Shown here: positions 9,775-19,894 of the stretch, in pieces | How positions within the stretch are numbered: the stretch's first letter is position 1 | Layout of the letters: each line of letters starts with the position of its first letter | Origin: an uncultured delta proteobacterium | GTDB lineage: Bacteria > Desulfobacterota > Binatia > Binatales > Binataceae | Reading direction: 5' to 3' | DNA length: 64,000 bases | Assembly: GCA_963756155.1 (NCBI GenBank) | Contig: CAVWMQ010000010.1 | Location: forward strand, 95,672-159,671 | Made by a program: the position numbers and the translations under genes | The notes under the pieces: generated by a model | What the model was told of the DNA's origin: nothing | Database searches by the model: none | What the model saw: only the letters and a program-made list of their open reading frames with translations

Positions 9775-11031
9775 TTGGAACTCACCAGGCTAAGAGGATT
9801 CCGCGACCTTATCGGGGTCGACGCTCGCGCGATGAGTATGGTCGAGGATCGCGCCCGCGAGCTGGTGTCGCGCTACGGATTCCACGAGATTCGCGTGCCG
9901 ATTCTCGAGCGCAGTGAACTCTACCGGCGCACCAGCGGCGAGACTTCCGACATCGTCGAGAAGCAGATGTACGTGTTCAACGACAACGACGAGGCGCATA
10001 CCTCGGTTGCGCTGCGCCCAGAGGGCACGGCCGGCGTCGCGCGCGCATACATCGAAGCGGGCCTTGACCGTAGCGATCCCGAGCAGCGCTTTTTCTATAC
10101 CGGTCCGATGTTCCGGCGCGAGCGCCCGCAGAAAGGCCGCTACCGTCAGCACTACCAATTTGGTGTCGAGGTGTTCGGGCGCGCCGACCCGGCCTGCGAC
10201 GCCGAACTGCTGATCATGATCGATGCGCTGAGCCGCAGCCTCGATCTCACGTTCAGCTTCGAGCTGAATTCGATCGGAGACGCAAACTGCCGCCCCGCGA
10301 TTCGCGAGGCAGTGCTGAAATGGGGCCGCGCGCATCTGGGCGAGCTCTGCGATGACTGCCACCATCGCCTTGAGCGCAATCCGCTGCGCCTGCTCGACTG
10401 CAAAAACGACGCGAAGCTGATGGAGTCCGCGCCCAAGACCCTCGACTACCTGTGCGAGCCGTGCCGTGCGCACTTCGAGACGGTGACTGCCCTGCTGGAC
10501 GCGGCCGGCGTCACTCACGTCCTGAATCCGCGCCTGGTCCGCGGGCTGGACTACTACACACGCACCACTTTCGAGGTGATCGCGAGCGGCCTTGGCGCGC
10601 AGAGCACCGTGGTCGCGGGCGGCCGCTACGACGGGCTCATCGAGGCGCTGGGCGGCGCGCCGGTTGCGGGAATCGGCTTTGGACTGGGCCTCGATCGGAT
10701 GGCGCTGCTACTAGCCGACGCGGGCCACGCGCCTGCCGTGTTGCCCGACGCGGCTATAATCGCGCTCGGCCCCGACGCTACACGGCGCGCCGTGACGCTC
10801 GCGCAAGCCCTGCGTGCCGCAAATCTCCGCGTCGAACTGCTCTCACCGGAGCGCAAGCTGAAGGCGCTGCTCAATCGCGCCGACAAGATCGGCGCGCGCT
10901 TCGCGGTAATCATCGGCGACAACGAACTGGCGCGCGGTGTTGCGCAACTCCGCGATTTGCGCAAAAGCGAGCAACGCGAGATCGCGCTCGACGACGCGGC
11001 GGCGGCAATCGCAAACGGTGGCCAAGACTGA
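9775..11031 (+). CDS. hisS: histidine--tRNA ligase
   Basis: 418 aa with a TTG start. Class II HisRS motifs are present (GFRDLIG, FHEIRVPILE, MFRRERPQKGRYRQHYQFG, GGRYDGL) plus a C-terminal anticodon-binding domain. Confidence 0.95.
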   Translation: MELTRLRGFRDLIGVDARAMSMVEDRARELVSRYGFHEIRVPILERSELYRRTSGETSDIVEKQMYVFNDNDEAHTSVALRPEGTAGVARAYIEAGLDRSDPEQRFFYTGPMFRRERPQKGRYRQHYQFGVEVFGRADPACDAELLIMIDALSRSLDLTFSFELNSIGDANCRPAIREAVLKWGRAHLGELCDDCHHRLERNPLRLLDCKNDAKLMESAPKTLDYLCEPCRAHFETVTALLDAAGVTHVLNPRLVRGLDYYTRTTFEVIASGLGAQSTVVAGGRYDGLIEALGGAPVAGIGFGLGLDRMALLLADAGHAPAVLPDAAIIALGPDATRRAVTLAQALRAANLRVELLSPERKLKALLNRADKIGARFAVIIGDNELARGVAQLRDLRKSEQREIALDDAAAAIANGGQD

Positions 11032-11173
11032 CTATCCACCACGCGAACCATGAACCGATCCAGCGAGACGGCTGTTTCGCGGCTCGCCACGCGCAGGTAT
11101 CCTGCATCGATACGCGCGGCGTCTAGTATCAGTACTCCAGGCTCCTCAGGAGCATGATGCCAGCCAACTTCTA

Positions 11174-12967
11174 ATGCCCAACGACGAACGCTATTCGCCG
11201 CTGCCGCCGTGGCAGCGCACTGATTATTGCGGCGCACTACGCGCCAGTGACACCGGCCGAGAAGTCGCGCTGTGGGGATGGGTGCAGACCCGGCGCGACC
11301 ACGGCGGGCTCATCTTCATCGACCTTCGCGACCGCGAGGGAATCGTTCAGCTAGTCTTCAATCCGGAAATCAACCGCGTCGCACATCAGGCAGCGGAGAA
11401 GGCGCGCGCCGAGTTTTATATCGCCGCCAAGGGCAAGGTCGTCCGCCGCGCCGAAGGAACCGCCAACGCCGACCTTCCGACCGGCGAGATCGAAATCGTG
11501 GTCAGCGAGTTCGAGGTGCTCAACACCTCGCCGCCGCCGCCGTTTCCCATCGGTGACGGCGAGGCCGCCGCCGAGGAGATTCGGCTCAAGTATCGCTACC
11601 TCGATCTCCGCCGTCCGGCGATGCAGTTGAATCTGCGCCGCCGCCATCTCGCGCTCAAGGCGGTGCGCGACTATCTCGACCGCAACGGCTTTATCGACGT
11701 CGAGACGCCGATCCTTTTCAAATCGACGCCCGAAGGCGCGCGCGATTACCTGGTTCCAAGCCGGGTCAACCCGGGGAAGTTCTACGCACTGCCGCAATCG
11801 CCACAAATCCTGAAGCAGGTGCTGATGATTGGCGGCTTCGACCGCTACTACCAGATCGCGCGATGCTTCCGCGACGAGGACCTGCGCGCCAATCGCCAGC
11901 CCGAGTTCAGCCAGATCGATATCGAGATGACCTGTCCGCGTCCCGAAGACGTGATGTCGGTCGCCGAAGGAATGATCGCGTCGGTGTATCACAACGTGCT
12001 CGGCGTCGAGGTCGGGCCGCCGTTCACCAAGATGCCGTACGCGGAGGCGATGGAGCGATTCGGAATCGACAAGCCCGACCTGCGCTTCGGACTCGAGCTC
12101 CGGAATCTCACCGAGTCGTTCGCGGGCACCTCGTTCAAGGTTTTCGCCGAGGTACTCGGCCGCGGCGAAGGCGTCTATGGGATCGCGGTTCCGGGAGCGC
12201 ATCAATTAAGCCGTCGCGAGCTCGACGAAACGGCCGAGGCGCTGCGCTCGCGCCACGGCCTCGGTCTGGCATGGGCAAAGGTGGGCGAGGGCGGATGGCA
12301 GGGGCCGATCGCAAAGCACCTCGGCGACGCGGAGCGCGCGAGAGCCGCTGCTGCTGCACAGCTCGGCGCCGGCGACACGCTGCTGATGGTCGCGGGAGCG
12401 CCCGCCAAGGTGCGGCCAGTGCTCGGCGATCTTCGGCTTCAGCTCGGCGACAAGTTTAACCTGCGCGAGAGCGGTGCGCTCAAGTTTCTATGGGTCGTCG
12501 ACTTTCCGCTGTTCGAGTTCAGCGAAGAAGACCGCCGTCTGGTCTCCGTCAACCATCCCTTCACTTCGCCGCATCCCGACGACCTCGACCTGCTCGAAAG
12601 CGAGCCGCTCAAGGCGCGCGCGATCGCCTACGACATGGTGCTCAATGGCCAGGAGCTCGGCGGCGGCTCGATTCGTATTCATTCCCGCGAACTTCAGCTA
12701 AAAGTATTCGAGTTGCTCGGTTTCACGCGCGAGGAAGCGATGGATCGTTTCGGGTTCCTGGTCGACGCGCTCGGCTACGGCGCTCCTCCGCACGGCGGAT
12801 GCGCCTTCGGCGTCGATCGAATTTGCATGATGCTGTGCGGGACCGACTCGCTGCGCGACGTGATCGCGTTTCCCAAGACACAGAAGGCGGTCGACCCGAT
12901 GAGCGGCGCGCCCTCGGAAGTCAGCGCCCGCCAGCTCAAAGAGCTCTCGATCAAGGTGATCTCATGA
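11174..12967 (+). CDS. aspS: aspartate--tRNA ligase
   Basis: 597 aa. It has an N-terminal OB fold, the motif QIARCFRDEDLRANRQPEFSQIDIEM, and C-terminal GGGSIRIH and PPHGGCAFGVDR. Confidence 0.95.
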   Translation: MPNDERYSPLPPWQRTDYCGALRASDTGREVALWGWVQTRRDHGGLIFIDLRDREGIVQLVFNPEINRVAHQAAEKARAEFYIAAKGKVVRRAEGTANADLPTGEIEIVVSEFEVLNTSPPPPFPIGDGEAAAEEIRLKYRYLDLRRPAMQLNLRRRHLALKAVRDYLDRNGFIDVETPILFKSTPEGARDYLVPSRVNPGKFYALPQSPQILKQVLMIGGFDRYYQIARCFRDEDLRANRQPEFSQIDIEMTCPRPEDVMSVAEGMIASVYHNVLGVEVGPPFTKMPYAEAMERFGIDKPDLRFGLELRNLTESFAGTSFKVFAEVLGRGEGVYGIAVPGAHQLSRRELDETAEALRSRHGLGLAWAKVGEGGWQGPIAKHLGDAERARAAAAAQLGAGDTLLMVAGAPAKVRPVLGDLRLQLGDKFNLRESGALKFLWVVDFPLFEFSEEDRRLVSVNHPFTSPHPDDLDLLESEPLKARAIAYDMVLNGQELGGGSIRIHSRELQLKVFELLGFTREEAMDRFGFLVDALGYGAPPHGGCAFGVDRICMMLCGTDSLRDVIAFPKTQKAVDPMSGAPSEVSARQLKELSIKVIS

Positions 12968-13749
12968 GCGTCCTGCGCATAGCCGCGATGGGACTGCTCG
13001 CGGGATTGCTGGCGCTGCTCGCCGGATGCGCCGCGGTCGCCACCAACATCGCTCAAGGAGCCAACGACACGATCCAGGGCATCGCCAGGAGCCACGATCT
13101 TCAGACGCACGCGGTACGCTCGATCAAAACTGTTTCGGTGAACCGGATCGCGGTGATGCCGCTGCTCGACGCGCCGCCGCTCGGTGGCGAGCCGCTCGAA
13201 GGCAACGGCGCCGAGGCCGTCACCGCCGAGCTCTACAGCCAGGTTTCGATCGCCGGCGGATGGGAAGTCATCCCGTCTGATGACGTCGAGGCCGCGATGC
13301 AGAAGATGCCGCCGACCACGCCCGACAATCTCGACGAGAACGCGCTCCAGCTCGCGCACGAGGTTTCCGCCGACGGCGTGTTGTACGGAAGAGTCGAGCG
13401 CTACAAGGAGCGCGTCGGTCTCGACTACGCCGCGGCAAGTCCGGCCGCGGTGACGTTCTCGCTCAAGTTCCTCGACTACAAGTCCAAGCAGGTCATCTGG
13501 TCGGCGAAGTTCAACAAGTCACAGAAGGCGCTCTCGCAGAACATCTTCGACCTCGCGAATTTCGTGCAGCACTCGGCGCGATGGGTTCGCGCGCACGAGA
13601 TCGCGCTCGAAGGCGTCACCCAGGCGGTCGCCGACTTGCACGGCAGCCTCAACCTGCAGAACAACTCGAAGCATTTCGAGGCCGGCAGCTATGGCGAGCT
13701 GAAATCCGGCCAACAGCGCTTCACGTCGGGAACCCAGGGAATTTTCTGA
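12964..13749 (+). CDS. lipoprotein of unknown function (possibly DUF799/GNA1162-like)
   Basis: The ATG at 12964 overlaps the aspS stop codon (ATGA). A signal peptide with a lipobox is present (LLALLAGC). The longer track ORF starting at 12490 is out-of-frame read-through of aspS. Confidence 0.75.
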   Translation: MSVLRIAAMGLLAGLLALLAGCAAVATNIAQGANDTIQGIARSHDLQTHAVRSIKTVSVNRIAVMPLLDAPPLGGEPLEGNGAEAVTAELYSQVSIAGGWEVIPSDDVEAAMQKMPPTTPDNLDENALQLAHEVSADGVLYGRVERYKERVGLDYAAASPAAVTFSLKFLDYKSKQVIWSAKFNKSQKALSQNIFDLANFVQHSARWVRAHEIALEGVTQAVADLHGSLNLQNNSKHFEAGSYGELKSGQQRFTSGTQGIF

Positions 13750-13772
13750 TTGCACTTGCGTGCCGGCGCTCG

Positions 13773-14879
13773 CTATCCCCACGGCGAGTGCGGCTTCAGC
13801 CGCAGCGATTCCGCGACTGCCGGATGCACCACCTTGCCGTCCCACGTATTCAGCCCGTGGCGAATCGCGATACTGTGGCGGCCCGCCGCGAGCACGCCCT
13901 GATCCGCGATCTCCAAGGCGTATGACAACGTCGCGTTGGTGAGCGCGTAGGTCGAGGTGTGCGGCACCATCGCAGGCATGTTGGTCACACAATAGTGCAC
14001 CACGCGGTCGCGGATGAAAATCGGACGCGCGTGCGTGGTCGGCCGCGACGTCTCCGCGATCCCGCCCTGGTCGATCGACAGGTCCACGATCGCCGCGCCG
14101 GGCCGCATCTTGCGCACCATCGCAGTCGTGATCAGGCGCGGCGTCCGCGCCCCCGCCACCAGCACCGTACCGATCACCAGGTCGGCCTGCGTGATTTCCT
14201 CTTCCAGCGTCGCGCGGTTCGACATCACGGTGGTGACGTGGCCGCCGAGCAGGTCGCTCAAGTAGCGAAGCCGCGTCGGATTGATGTCCATGATGGTGAC
14301 GTCGGCGCCGACGCCCGAGGCGACGCGGCACGCATTCACGCCCGCGATTCCGCCGCCCACGATCACCACCTTGCCCGGCCTCACTCCCGACGCGCCGCTA
14401 AGCAGAACTCCGCGCCCGCCGCTGCGCGCCTGCAGGCACCACGACCCGGCCTGGATCGCGAGGCGGCCGGCGACTTCGCTCATCGGCGCGAGCAGCGGCA
14501 GGCTCCCGTCTTCGAGCTGGATCGTTTCGTAGCCGACCGCGGCGACGCGACGGCGCAACAGCTCGCGGGTCAGCCGCTTGTCGGGCGCCAGATGCAGATA
14601 AGTGAACAGGATCAGCCCGGGGCGCATCAGCCGATACTCCGGCACCTGCGGCTCCTTAACCTTCAGTACCATGTCGGCGCGCTTCCACACCGCCGCCGCG
14701 TCGCGCATGATCGCCGCGCCCGCGCCGCGATAGTCGTGGTCGCTGAAGCCGCTGCCCGCGCCCGCACCGCTTTGCACGATCACGCGATGCCCGTGCAGGC
14801 GGAATGCGGCTGCGCCCGCGGGCGTCATCGAGACCCGCCGCTCGTCGGACTTAATCTCGGTGGGAACTCCGACAATCAT
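13773..14879 (-). CDS. ald: alanine dehydrogenase
   Basis: Start taken at MIVGVPTEIKSDERRVSMTPAG, the canonical Ald N-terminus. An NAD-binding motif (VVIVGGGIAGVNA) is present. Confidence 0.92.
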   Translation of the reverse strand: MIVGVPTEIKSDERRVSMTPAGAAAFRLHGHRVIVQSGAGAGSGFSDHDYRGAGAAIMRDAAAVWKRADMVLKVKEPQVPEYRLMRPGLILFTYLHLAPDKRLTRELLRRRVAAVGYETIQLEDGSLPLLAPMSEVAGRLAIQAGSWCLQARSGGRGVLLSGASGVRPGKVVIVGGGIAGVNACRVASGVGADVTIMDINPTRLRYLSDLLGGHVTTVMSNRATLEEEITQADLVIGTVLVAGARTPRLITTAMVRKMRPGAAIVDLSIDQGGIAETSRPTTHARPIFIRDRVVHYCVTNMPAMVPHTSTYALTNATLSYALEIADQGVLAAGRHSIAIRHGLNTWDGKVVHPAVAESLRLKPHSPWG

Positions 14880-15003
14880 GCTGCCATCATTTTTCACCGG
14901 TGATGCCGGATGCAACCGTGGTCACGCCGGATGCAATCGTCATCGCACGCATTCAGTCAAGGGATAACGTCGCGGAATCGCGCACGCCGCCGCGATCCGG
15001 AAC

Positions 15004-15032
15004 TTGACAACCGCTACCCTCCGCTCTTTAAC
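15004..15032 (+). promoter_or_regulatory. possible sigma70-type promoter for gcvH
   Basis: TTGACA (15004-15009), a 17-bp spacer, then TTTAAC (15027-15032), about 90 nt upstream of the gcvH ATG. This is a pattern match only. Confidence 0.3.
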
Positions 15033-15124
15033 CTCATTAGTGATATCGCGAATCGCCGTGCGGCGAAGTTTTCGCGCCGGCGGAATCGACTTGCGCGAAT
15101 CCAGGATTGATACGGGGAGGCGTC

Positions 15125-15514
15125 ATGGAAATCCCACAGGGGCTCAAGTATTCGAAGGAGCATGAGTGGGTCGCAACCGAGGACTCGACCGCGACAATCG
15201 GCATCACCGATCACGCCCAGGACCAGTTGGGCGAGATCGTGTACATCGAACTTCCTTCGGTGGGCGACAAAATCAGTAAAGACGATCCATTCGGCGTGGT
15301 CGAGTCCGTCAAGGCGGTCTCCGACATCTATGCGCCGGTCAGCGGTACGGTTATCGAGATCAACGAAGAACTGCCCGAGAGTCCCGAGGTCGTCAACGAG
15401 GATCCCTACGGCGATGGCTGGCTCATCAAGGTCAAGATGAACGACGCCACCGACCTCGAAGATCTGATGGACGGCGAAGAATATGCCGAGTTGATCGCGC
15501 GCGAGAAGGAATGA
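15125..15514 (+). CDS. gcvH: glycine cleavage system protein H
   Basis: ATG at 15125 preceded by GGGGAGG. The lipoyl-lysine motif VESVKAVSDIYAP is present. No gcvT or gcvP gene is nearby. Confidence 0.93.
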   Translation: MEIPQGLKYSKEHEWVATEDSTATIGITDHAQDQLGEIVYIELPSVGDKISKDDPFGVVESVKAVSDIYAPVSGTVIEINEELPESPEVVNEDPYGDGWLIKVKMNDATDLEDLMDGEEYAELIAREKE

Positions 15515-15520
15515 TCGCGG

Positions 15521-16948
15521 CTAGGCGCCCGGCTCCGCAGGCGCCGCGGGCGCAACCGGCTCCGCCTTGGTGACCGATATCCTGAGCTTCGCCACCTGGG
15601 CGGGCGGGTCGATAAAGATCAGAAGGATCGGCGCCGACTTGTCGGGCTGCAGCGCGAAGTTCTTCTGCGGGTCGAGCCGTTGCAGAAACTCGATTTCGCG
15701 GGGCGTCATCTCGCCGATCATTTTCGAGGACAAGCTGTTCCCGCAGAACGACGCCTGCCCGGCCAGCTCGCGCTGCGTCCCGTCGAGCAAATCGACCGCG
15801 ACCTGCACCACGTGAAGCGGGTGCGAGCCCACGTTCTGCGCGCTCCCGGTGATCACCAGCGCGCGATGCCCGCCCTTGAGCGTGCGATACTCGGCCTGCA
15901 CGCCACTCAGCGCCACCAGCATCGCGGGGAGAATCGGCCGCTCGAGATGCTCGCGCATGACCGGGAGCTCGCCGAGCAGCCGCGCGCTGGCCGCCGGCGC
16001 CCCGCAGATCACCATGCTGACCACGCCGAATCCCACCGCGAAAATAAAAAACAGCAACAGGAACGCGCCCGACTTGTGCAGGCTTCCGCTGTTGGTGACA
16101 TAGGCGACGTCGGGGTCGGGAACGTATGTGCGCTCGACGGCGTCGGACGCCTGCGGCTGTCCGAAGTCGTCACCCTCCATGATCGGATCGGGCTCTTCAA
16201 TCGACAGGATCGGGCGCCGGCGCTTGCGCGCCGGCTCGGGCTCCGGCTGCGGCTCGCCGACCTCCCAGCGGTCGTCGTCGGGTGGGCGGAAATCCTCGTC
16301 AGCTTCCGGCTCGTGAACCGGGCCTGCCGACTCCTGGCTGAAATCGAAGGCGAGATTTTCGCCCGCGTCCGCCGCCTCGGTATTGCGCTCGAAGGAGCGC
16401 TCCAGCCGCGCGAACGGATCGTCGACCGCCGCCGCTCGCTTGACGCTCGCGGCGGCGGCCGGCGCCGATGCGGGCGTCTCCGCCTCGAGGTCGCGCGCGG
16501 GCGTTCGTCGAGTCTCATACCGCGGCGCGGTGTCCTCGACGTTTCCCGCCGCGGCCTCCGGCCGCGGCGCGACCGCGGCGCCCCGCTGGTCGCGCGACGG
16601 CCGCATTTGCGGCCGCCGCACGACCAGCTCCGCGTCCTGCGCGTCCTCCGCGGCGGCCCGCGACGCGACGCCGCTGCGCGGCGCCGCGTCGCCGGCCGCC
16701 GCGCTGCCCCCCGCCTCCGCCTCGCCGCCCGAGGCGGCGTCGCTCCGCGACGCCGCCTCGGGCGCCGCGGCTGCCGCCGGGCGCTCCGCTCGCGCTACGG
16801 CCGCCTTGCGCGGCCGCAGCGCGAGCGGATCGGCGGTAAACACATGACCGCATCGCGAGCACTTGAAGGTCGGCGTATCCTCGGGCAGGACCCGCTCGTC
16901 GATCCGGTAGCGTGTGTGACAGCTAGTGCACTGAATTTCGATCATCAC
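15521..16948 (-). CDS. MJ0042-type zinc-ribbon protein with C-terminal DUF3426-like domain
   Basis: The N-terminus is IQCTSCHTRYRIDERVL..FKCSRCGHVF. A long Ala/Glu/Pro-rich linker and one TM segment (LLLFFIFAVGFGVVSMVICG) follow, then a C-terminal beta-rich domain. Confidence 0.8.
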   Translation of the reverse strand: MMIEIQCTSCHTRYRIDERVLPEDTPTFKCSRCGHVFTADPLALRPRKAAVARAERPAAAAAPEAASRSDAASGGEAEAGGSAAAGDAAPRSGVASRAAAEDAQDAELVVRRPQMRPSRDQRGAAVAPRPEAAAGNVEDTAPRYETRRTPARDLEAETPASAPAAAASVKRAAAVDDPFARLERSFERNTEAADAGENLAFDFSQESAGPVHEPEADEDFRPPDDDRWEVGEPQPEPEPARKRRRPILSIEEPDPIMEGDDFGQPQASDAVERTYVPDPDVAYVTNSGSLHKSGAFLLLFFIFAVGFGVVSMVICGAPAASARLLGELPVMREHLERPILPAMLVALSGVQAEYRTLKGGHRALVITGSAQNVGSHPLHVVQVAVDLLDGTQRELAGQASFCGNSLSSKMIGEMTPREIEFLQRLDPQKNFALQPDKSAPILLIFIDPPAQVAKLRISVTKAEPVAPAAPAEPGA

Positions 16949-17057
16949 CCCACCTCACATCCGCCGCAAAAAATTAGCATACCGGCCGCGCGCACGCATC
17001 TGGGCCAATGGTGGCCCGCATGGCTATCACGGGGCGGAGCATGGTAGCGGAGTCAGG

Positions 17058-18182
17058 ATGCGAATTGCCCTCCTGACCCGGCGTTTCGATCCGCATGGCG
17101 GCGGCACCGAGCGCGATCTGATCGTGACGGCCGAGTTCCTGGCTCGTGCCGGGCACGAGATCACGATTTACGCCGACGAGATCCGGGGGCCGGCCGGAGA
17201 ATGGAAAGTGCGGCGCATCGGGCCGCGGATTCCGATCGGACGCGCGCTGTCGCTGATGCGCTTTGCCTATGGCGCCGCGCGCGTGGCGCGCCGCGACGGC
17301 GCCGAGCTGGTGATAAGTTTCGCGCGCGTTCTCGGCGCCGACGTGCTCCGCTCGGGGGGCAGCGCGCATGCCAGTTATCTGCGCGCCGCGCGCAATTGGC
17401 GCGGGCGCACGGGGACGGCCACGATGCGCCTGTCGCCGTATCATCAGGCCCAGATGCTGATCGAGCGCCGCGCGTTCACTTCGCCGCGGCTCAAGGTGGC
17501 GATCGCGGTCTCGACGCTGGTGCGCTACGAGCTGATTCGCGAGTTCGGCATCCCGCCGCAGTACACGGTGACTATTTATAATGGTGTCGATCTGGACCGC
17601 TTCAGACCCGCCGCCGACAACGACGATCGCGAGATCGTCCGCGCGCGCTACCGCATTCCGCTCGATGCGCGAGTGGTGATTTTCGTCGGCAACGGTTTCG
17701 CGCGCAAAGGACTAGGCTCCCTGATCGACGCATGGCCGACTCTGGCCGGACAGCCGTACCTGGTGGTGGTCGGGACCGATCGCAGCAGCGCCACCTTCGG
17801 CCGCCGCGCATATCAACTGGGCATCAGCCAACGGGTAGTACTCGCCGGCGCGCAGCCGAAGGTCGAGGCGCTGTTTCACGCGGCAGACGCGTTCGCGATG
17901 CCCTCGATGTTCGAGCCGTTCGGCAACGTCGTGATGGAAGCGATGGCGTCGGGGCTTCCAGTCTTGACCAGCGAGCAATCCGGCGTGCAGGAACTGGTGC
18001 CACGCGAGATGCGCCCGTTCGTGGTAGAGCATCCCGAAGACGCCTCCGAAGTAGCTCTCCGCTTGAGCCTGCTACTCGACACCGGCGAATCGCTGGGCAA
18101 GATCGCGCGCGCAACCGCCGAACAGTACCCATGGTCCCGCTACGGCAAGGAACTGGTAGCCCTGATCGAATCACTAGTGTGA
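17058..18182 (+). CDS. glycosyltransferase family 4 (GT-B, WaaG/RfaG-like)
   Basis: The E-x7-E region is present (MPSMFEPFGNVVMEAMASGLPVLTS). At 374 aa, the length is typical for this family. Confidence 0.88.
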   Translation: MRIALLTRRFDPHGGGTERDLIVTAEFLARAGHEITIYADEIRGPAGEWKVRRIGPRIPIGRALSLMRFAYGAARVARRDGAELVISFARVLGADVLRSGGSAHASYLRAARNWRGRTGTATMRLSPYHQAQMLIERRAFTSPRLKVAIAVSTLVRYELIREFGIPPQYTVTIYNGVDLDRFRPAADNDDREIVRARYRIPLDARVVIFVGNGFARKGLGSLIDAWPTLAGQPYLVVVGTDRSSATFGRRAYQLGISQRVVLAGAQPKVEALFHAADAFAMPSMFEPFGNVVMEAMASGLPVLTSEQSGVQELVPREMRPFVVEHPEDASEVALRLSLLLDTGESLGKIARATAEQYPWSRYGKELVALIESLV

Positions 18183-18240
18183 GCGAAGGCTGCCGCGGTG
18201 AGTGCAGGGGTCAGCCGCTGGCTTGTCTATCGAATGACAA

Positions 18241-19095
18241 TCACTGACGGATCACATCGAGCATGCCCCGAGCCACCGCCAGCCGCCGCTCCTCGCGCGC
18301 GATACGCTCCGGCGCCGCGCCAGCCGCATGCGCGACGATCAGCCGCGCCCACGCGATCGCGACCTTGCCGAGCACTTCATTGGCCGTGTGATTCTCATGG
18401 ATCATGCGGCAGCGTCCGCGCTCGCGCGCGATCCGGATAAAGCGTTCGCGATCGGCGCGCGCGGGATCGACTTCGTGAAAGACCACCGCCGCGGGCGCGT
18501 AGCCGATTCGCAGTCCAGCACGCCGGAAGCGCTGCGACATCTCGGTTTCCTCCTCATGGCCGCCGGCGCCCGGCCCGAGCCGCTCGTCGAACGGGCCGAC
18601 CTGCTTCAGCGCCGAGGCGCGGAAGGCCATATTCGCGCCGAGCACGCCGCGCACTTCGATTACATCTTCGCCGTGATCGACGATCGGCAGGTCGAGATAG
18701 ATCCATTGCGGGCCGACTTTCTTAAGCGGATCCTCCGCGGCGAGGATTCTGCCCTTCATCGCGCCGAACTCCGGATGCGAGCGGAAAAACTCCTCGACCG
18801 CGTCCAGATAAGCGGGCGCGACGGTGAGATCGTCGTCGAGCATGACGATTATTTCGCCTTGCGCCTGCGCGATCGCGCGATTCTGAATCCGGCACTTGCC
18901 GGCGCGCGGCTCGTGGAGCCGGGTCAGCGGCGCGACCGATTCGATCACCTTGGGAAGCGGCACCGGCGCGGGCGTTCCATTCTCGGCGACGATTATCTCG
19001 CGCTCGCCGGCGACGAGCTGTGGCGCGAGACTCGCGATCAGCCGCGCGAGCGAGCCGGCACGGTCGTGAGTGGCGATTATGACCGAGGTCTTCAA
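18241..19095 (-). CDS. glycosyltransferase family 2
   Basis: N-terminal TSVIIATHDRAGSL and the DxD motif (VMLDDDL) are present. Confidence 0.88.
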   Translation of the reverse strand: MKTSVIIATHDRAGSLARLIASLAPQLVAGEREIIVAENGTPAPVPLPKVIESVAPLTRLHEPRAGKCRIQNRAIAQAQGEIIVMLDDDLTVAPAYLDAVEEFFRSHPEFGAMKGRILAAEDPLKKVGPQWIYLDLPIVDHGEDVIEVRGVLGANMAFRASALKQVGPFDERLGPGAGGHEEETEMSQRFRRAGLRIGYAPAAVVFHEVDPARADRERFIRIARERGRCRMIHENHTANEVLGKVAIAWARLIVAHAAGAAPERIAREERRLAVARGMLDVIRQ

Positions 19096-19128
19096 TGCCG
19101 CGTTGTCAGCATGGATGCGCGCCGCGGT

Positions 19129-19851
19129 TCACTGCCGCGGGGCGCTGCCGCCGCTATCGACTTTCCGAAATCGCATCACGATATTCTCGTCCATCAGCAG
19201 GCTCGCGCTGGTCATGAAGCCGAACAGCTCGCGATTGATCGCGCGCTGGGAGGGGTCGCGCACGCCGCGCACGTAGAGCATCCAGGAAAAGCCGTACACC
19301 GCCGGAAAAAAGATCGGCGCGAAAATTCGCGCGCGCGGCTTGCGCCGGCTGTGCCCGAGCGCGTCCATGCGAAGGCCCATGCCGTAGCACATCCAATGGA
19401 AATCGTTGAGGCCCATCACGTGCCAGTTGCGCCCGTCCTCGACCCGGTAGCGATAGGGGAGGGGAGCGCGGCGCCCTTTGTAGAAGCCGCTCAGCAGGTA
19501 ATGGATTCGCGAGGTGATATTGAGCCGGTTGGGCGTGGACAGAATCGCGACGCCGCCGGGCTTGAGCACGCGCGCGATTTCGCGCAGCACGTGCGGGATA
19601 TCGGGCAGATGCTCGACGACTTCGAGCATCATGACGAGATCGAATTTCCCGGCGCGGAACGGCAGATCGTGATTGAGGTTGGCGGCGACCCACCCGGCGC
19701 GCCGCGTATGGTACTCGGTGGAGACCACGCGCCATCCGCGCTCCGAGAGCATCCGGCTCGACAGCCCGTCGCCGGCGCTGAGGTCGAGTGCGAGCGATAC
19801 CTCGGCAGGCGCGGGCACCAGTTCGATCGCACCGCGAACCCGCTCACTCAT
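19129..19851 (-). CDS. class I SAM-dependent methyltransferase
   Basis: Motif I (ALDLSAGDGLSS) and the post-I/II region (VLKPGGVAILSTPN) are present. It lies immediately downstream of the GT2 gene on the same strand. Confidence 0.85.
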   Translation of the reverse strand: MSERVRGAIELVPAPAEVSLALDLSAGDGLSSRMLSERGWRVVSTEYHTRRAGWVAANLNHDLPFRAGKFDLVMMLEVVEHLPDIPHVLREIARVLKPGGVAILSTPNRLNITSRIHYLLSGFYKGRRAPLPYRYRVEDGRNWHVMGLNDFHWMCYGMGLRMDALGHSRRKPRARIFAPIFFPAVYGFSWMLYVRGVRDPSQRAINRELFGFMTSASLLMDENIVMRFRKVDSGGSAPRQ

Positions 19852-19894
19852 CGTGAATAAGGATTCTCACCGCCCGCCGCCCCCATCTCAATAC

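Noticed and set aside
12490-12963. An N-terminal 158-aa extension of the lipoprotein ORF (track ORF 12490..13749).
   Set aside because: This part lies inside aspS in another frame and is Arg-rich. The signal peptide and lipobox begin at the ATG at 12964, which overlaps the aspS stop codon.
14916-15124. A possible glycine riboswitch in the 245-nt leader upstream of gcvH.
   Set aside because: I could not find the conserved tandem-aptamer core elements (GGAGAG...CACCG...GGGCAA-type blocks). Only a weak promoter-like match and unremarkable repeats are present. A covariance-model scan would settle this.
16380-16870. Several 115-170-aa ORFs on both strands (for example 16468..16839 plus, 16515..16862 minus) encoding poly-Arg/Ala/Pro sequences.
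   Set aside because: They all overlap the low-complexity spacer of the zinc-ribbon/DUF3426 gene. They are frame artefacts of an extremely GC-rich repetitive coding stretch.
18328-19860. A 510-aa plus-strand ORF overlapping the GT2 and methyltransferase genes.
   Set aside because: It is antisense to two well-supported genes and has no recognisable domains. It is a GC-driven open frame.
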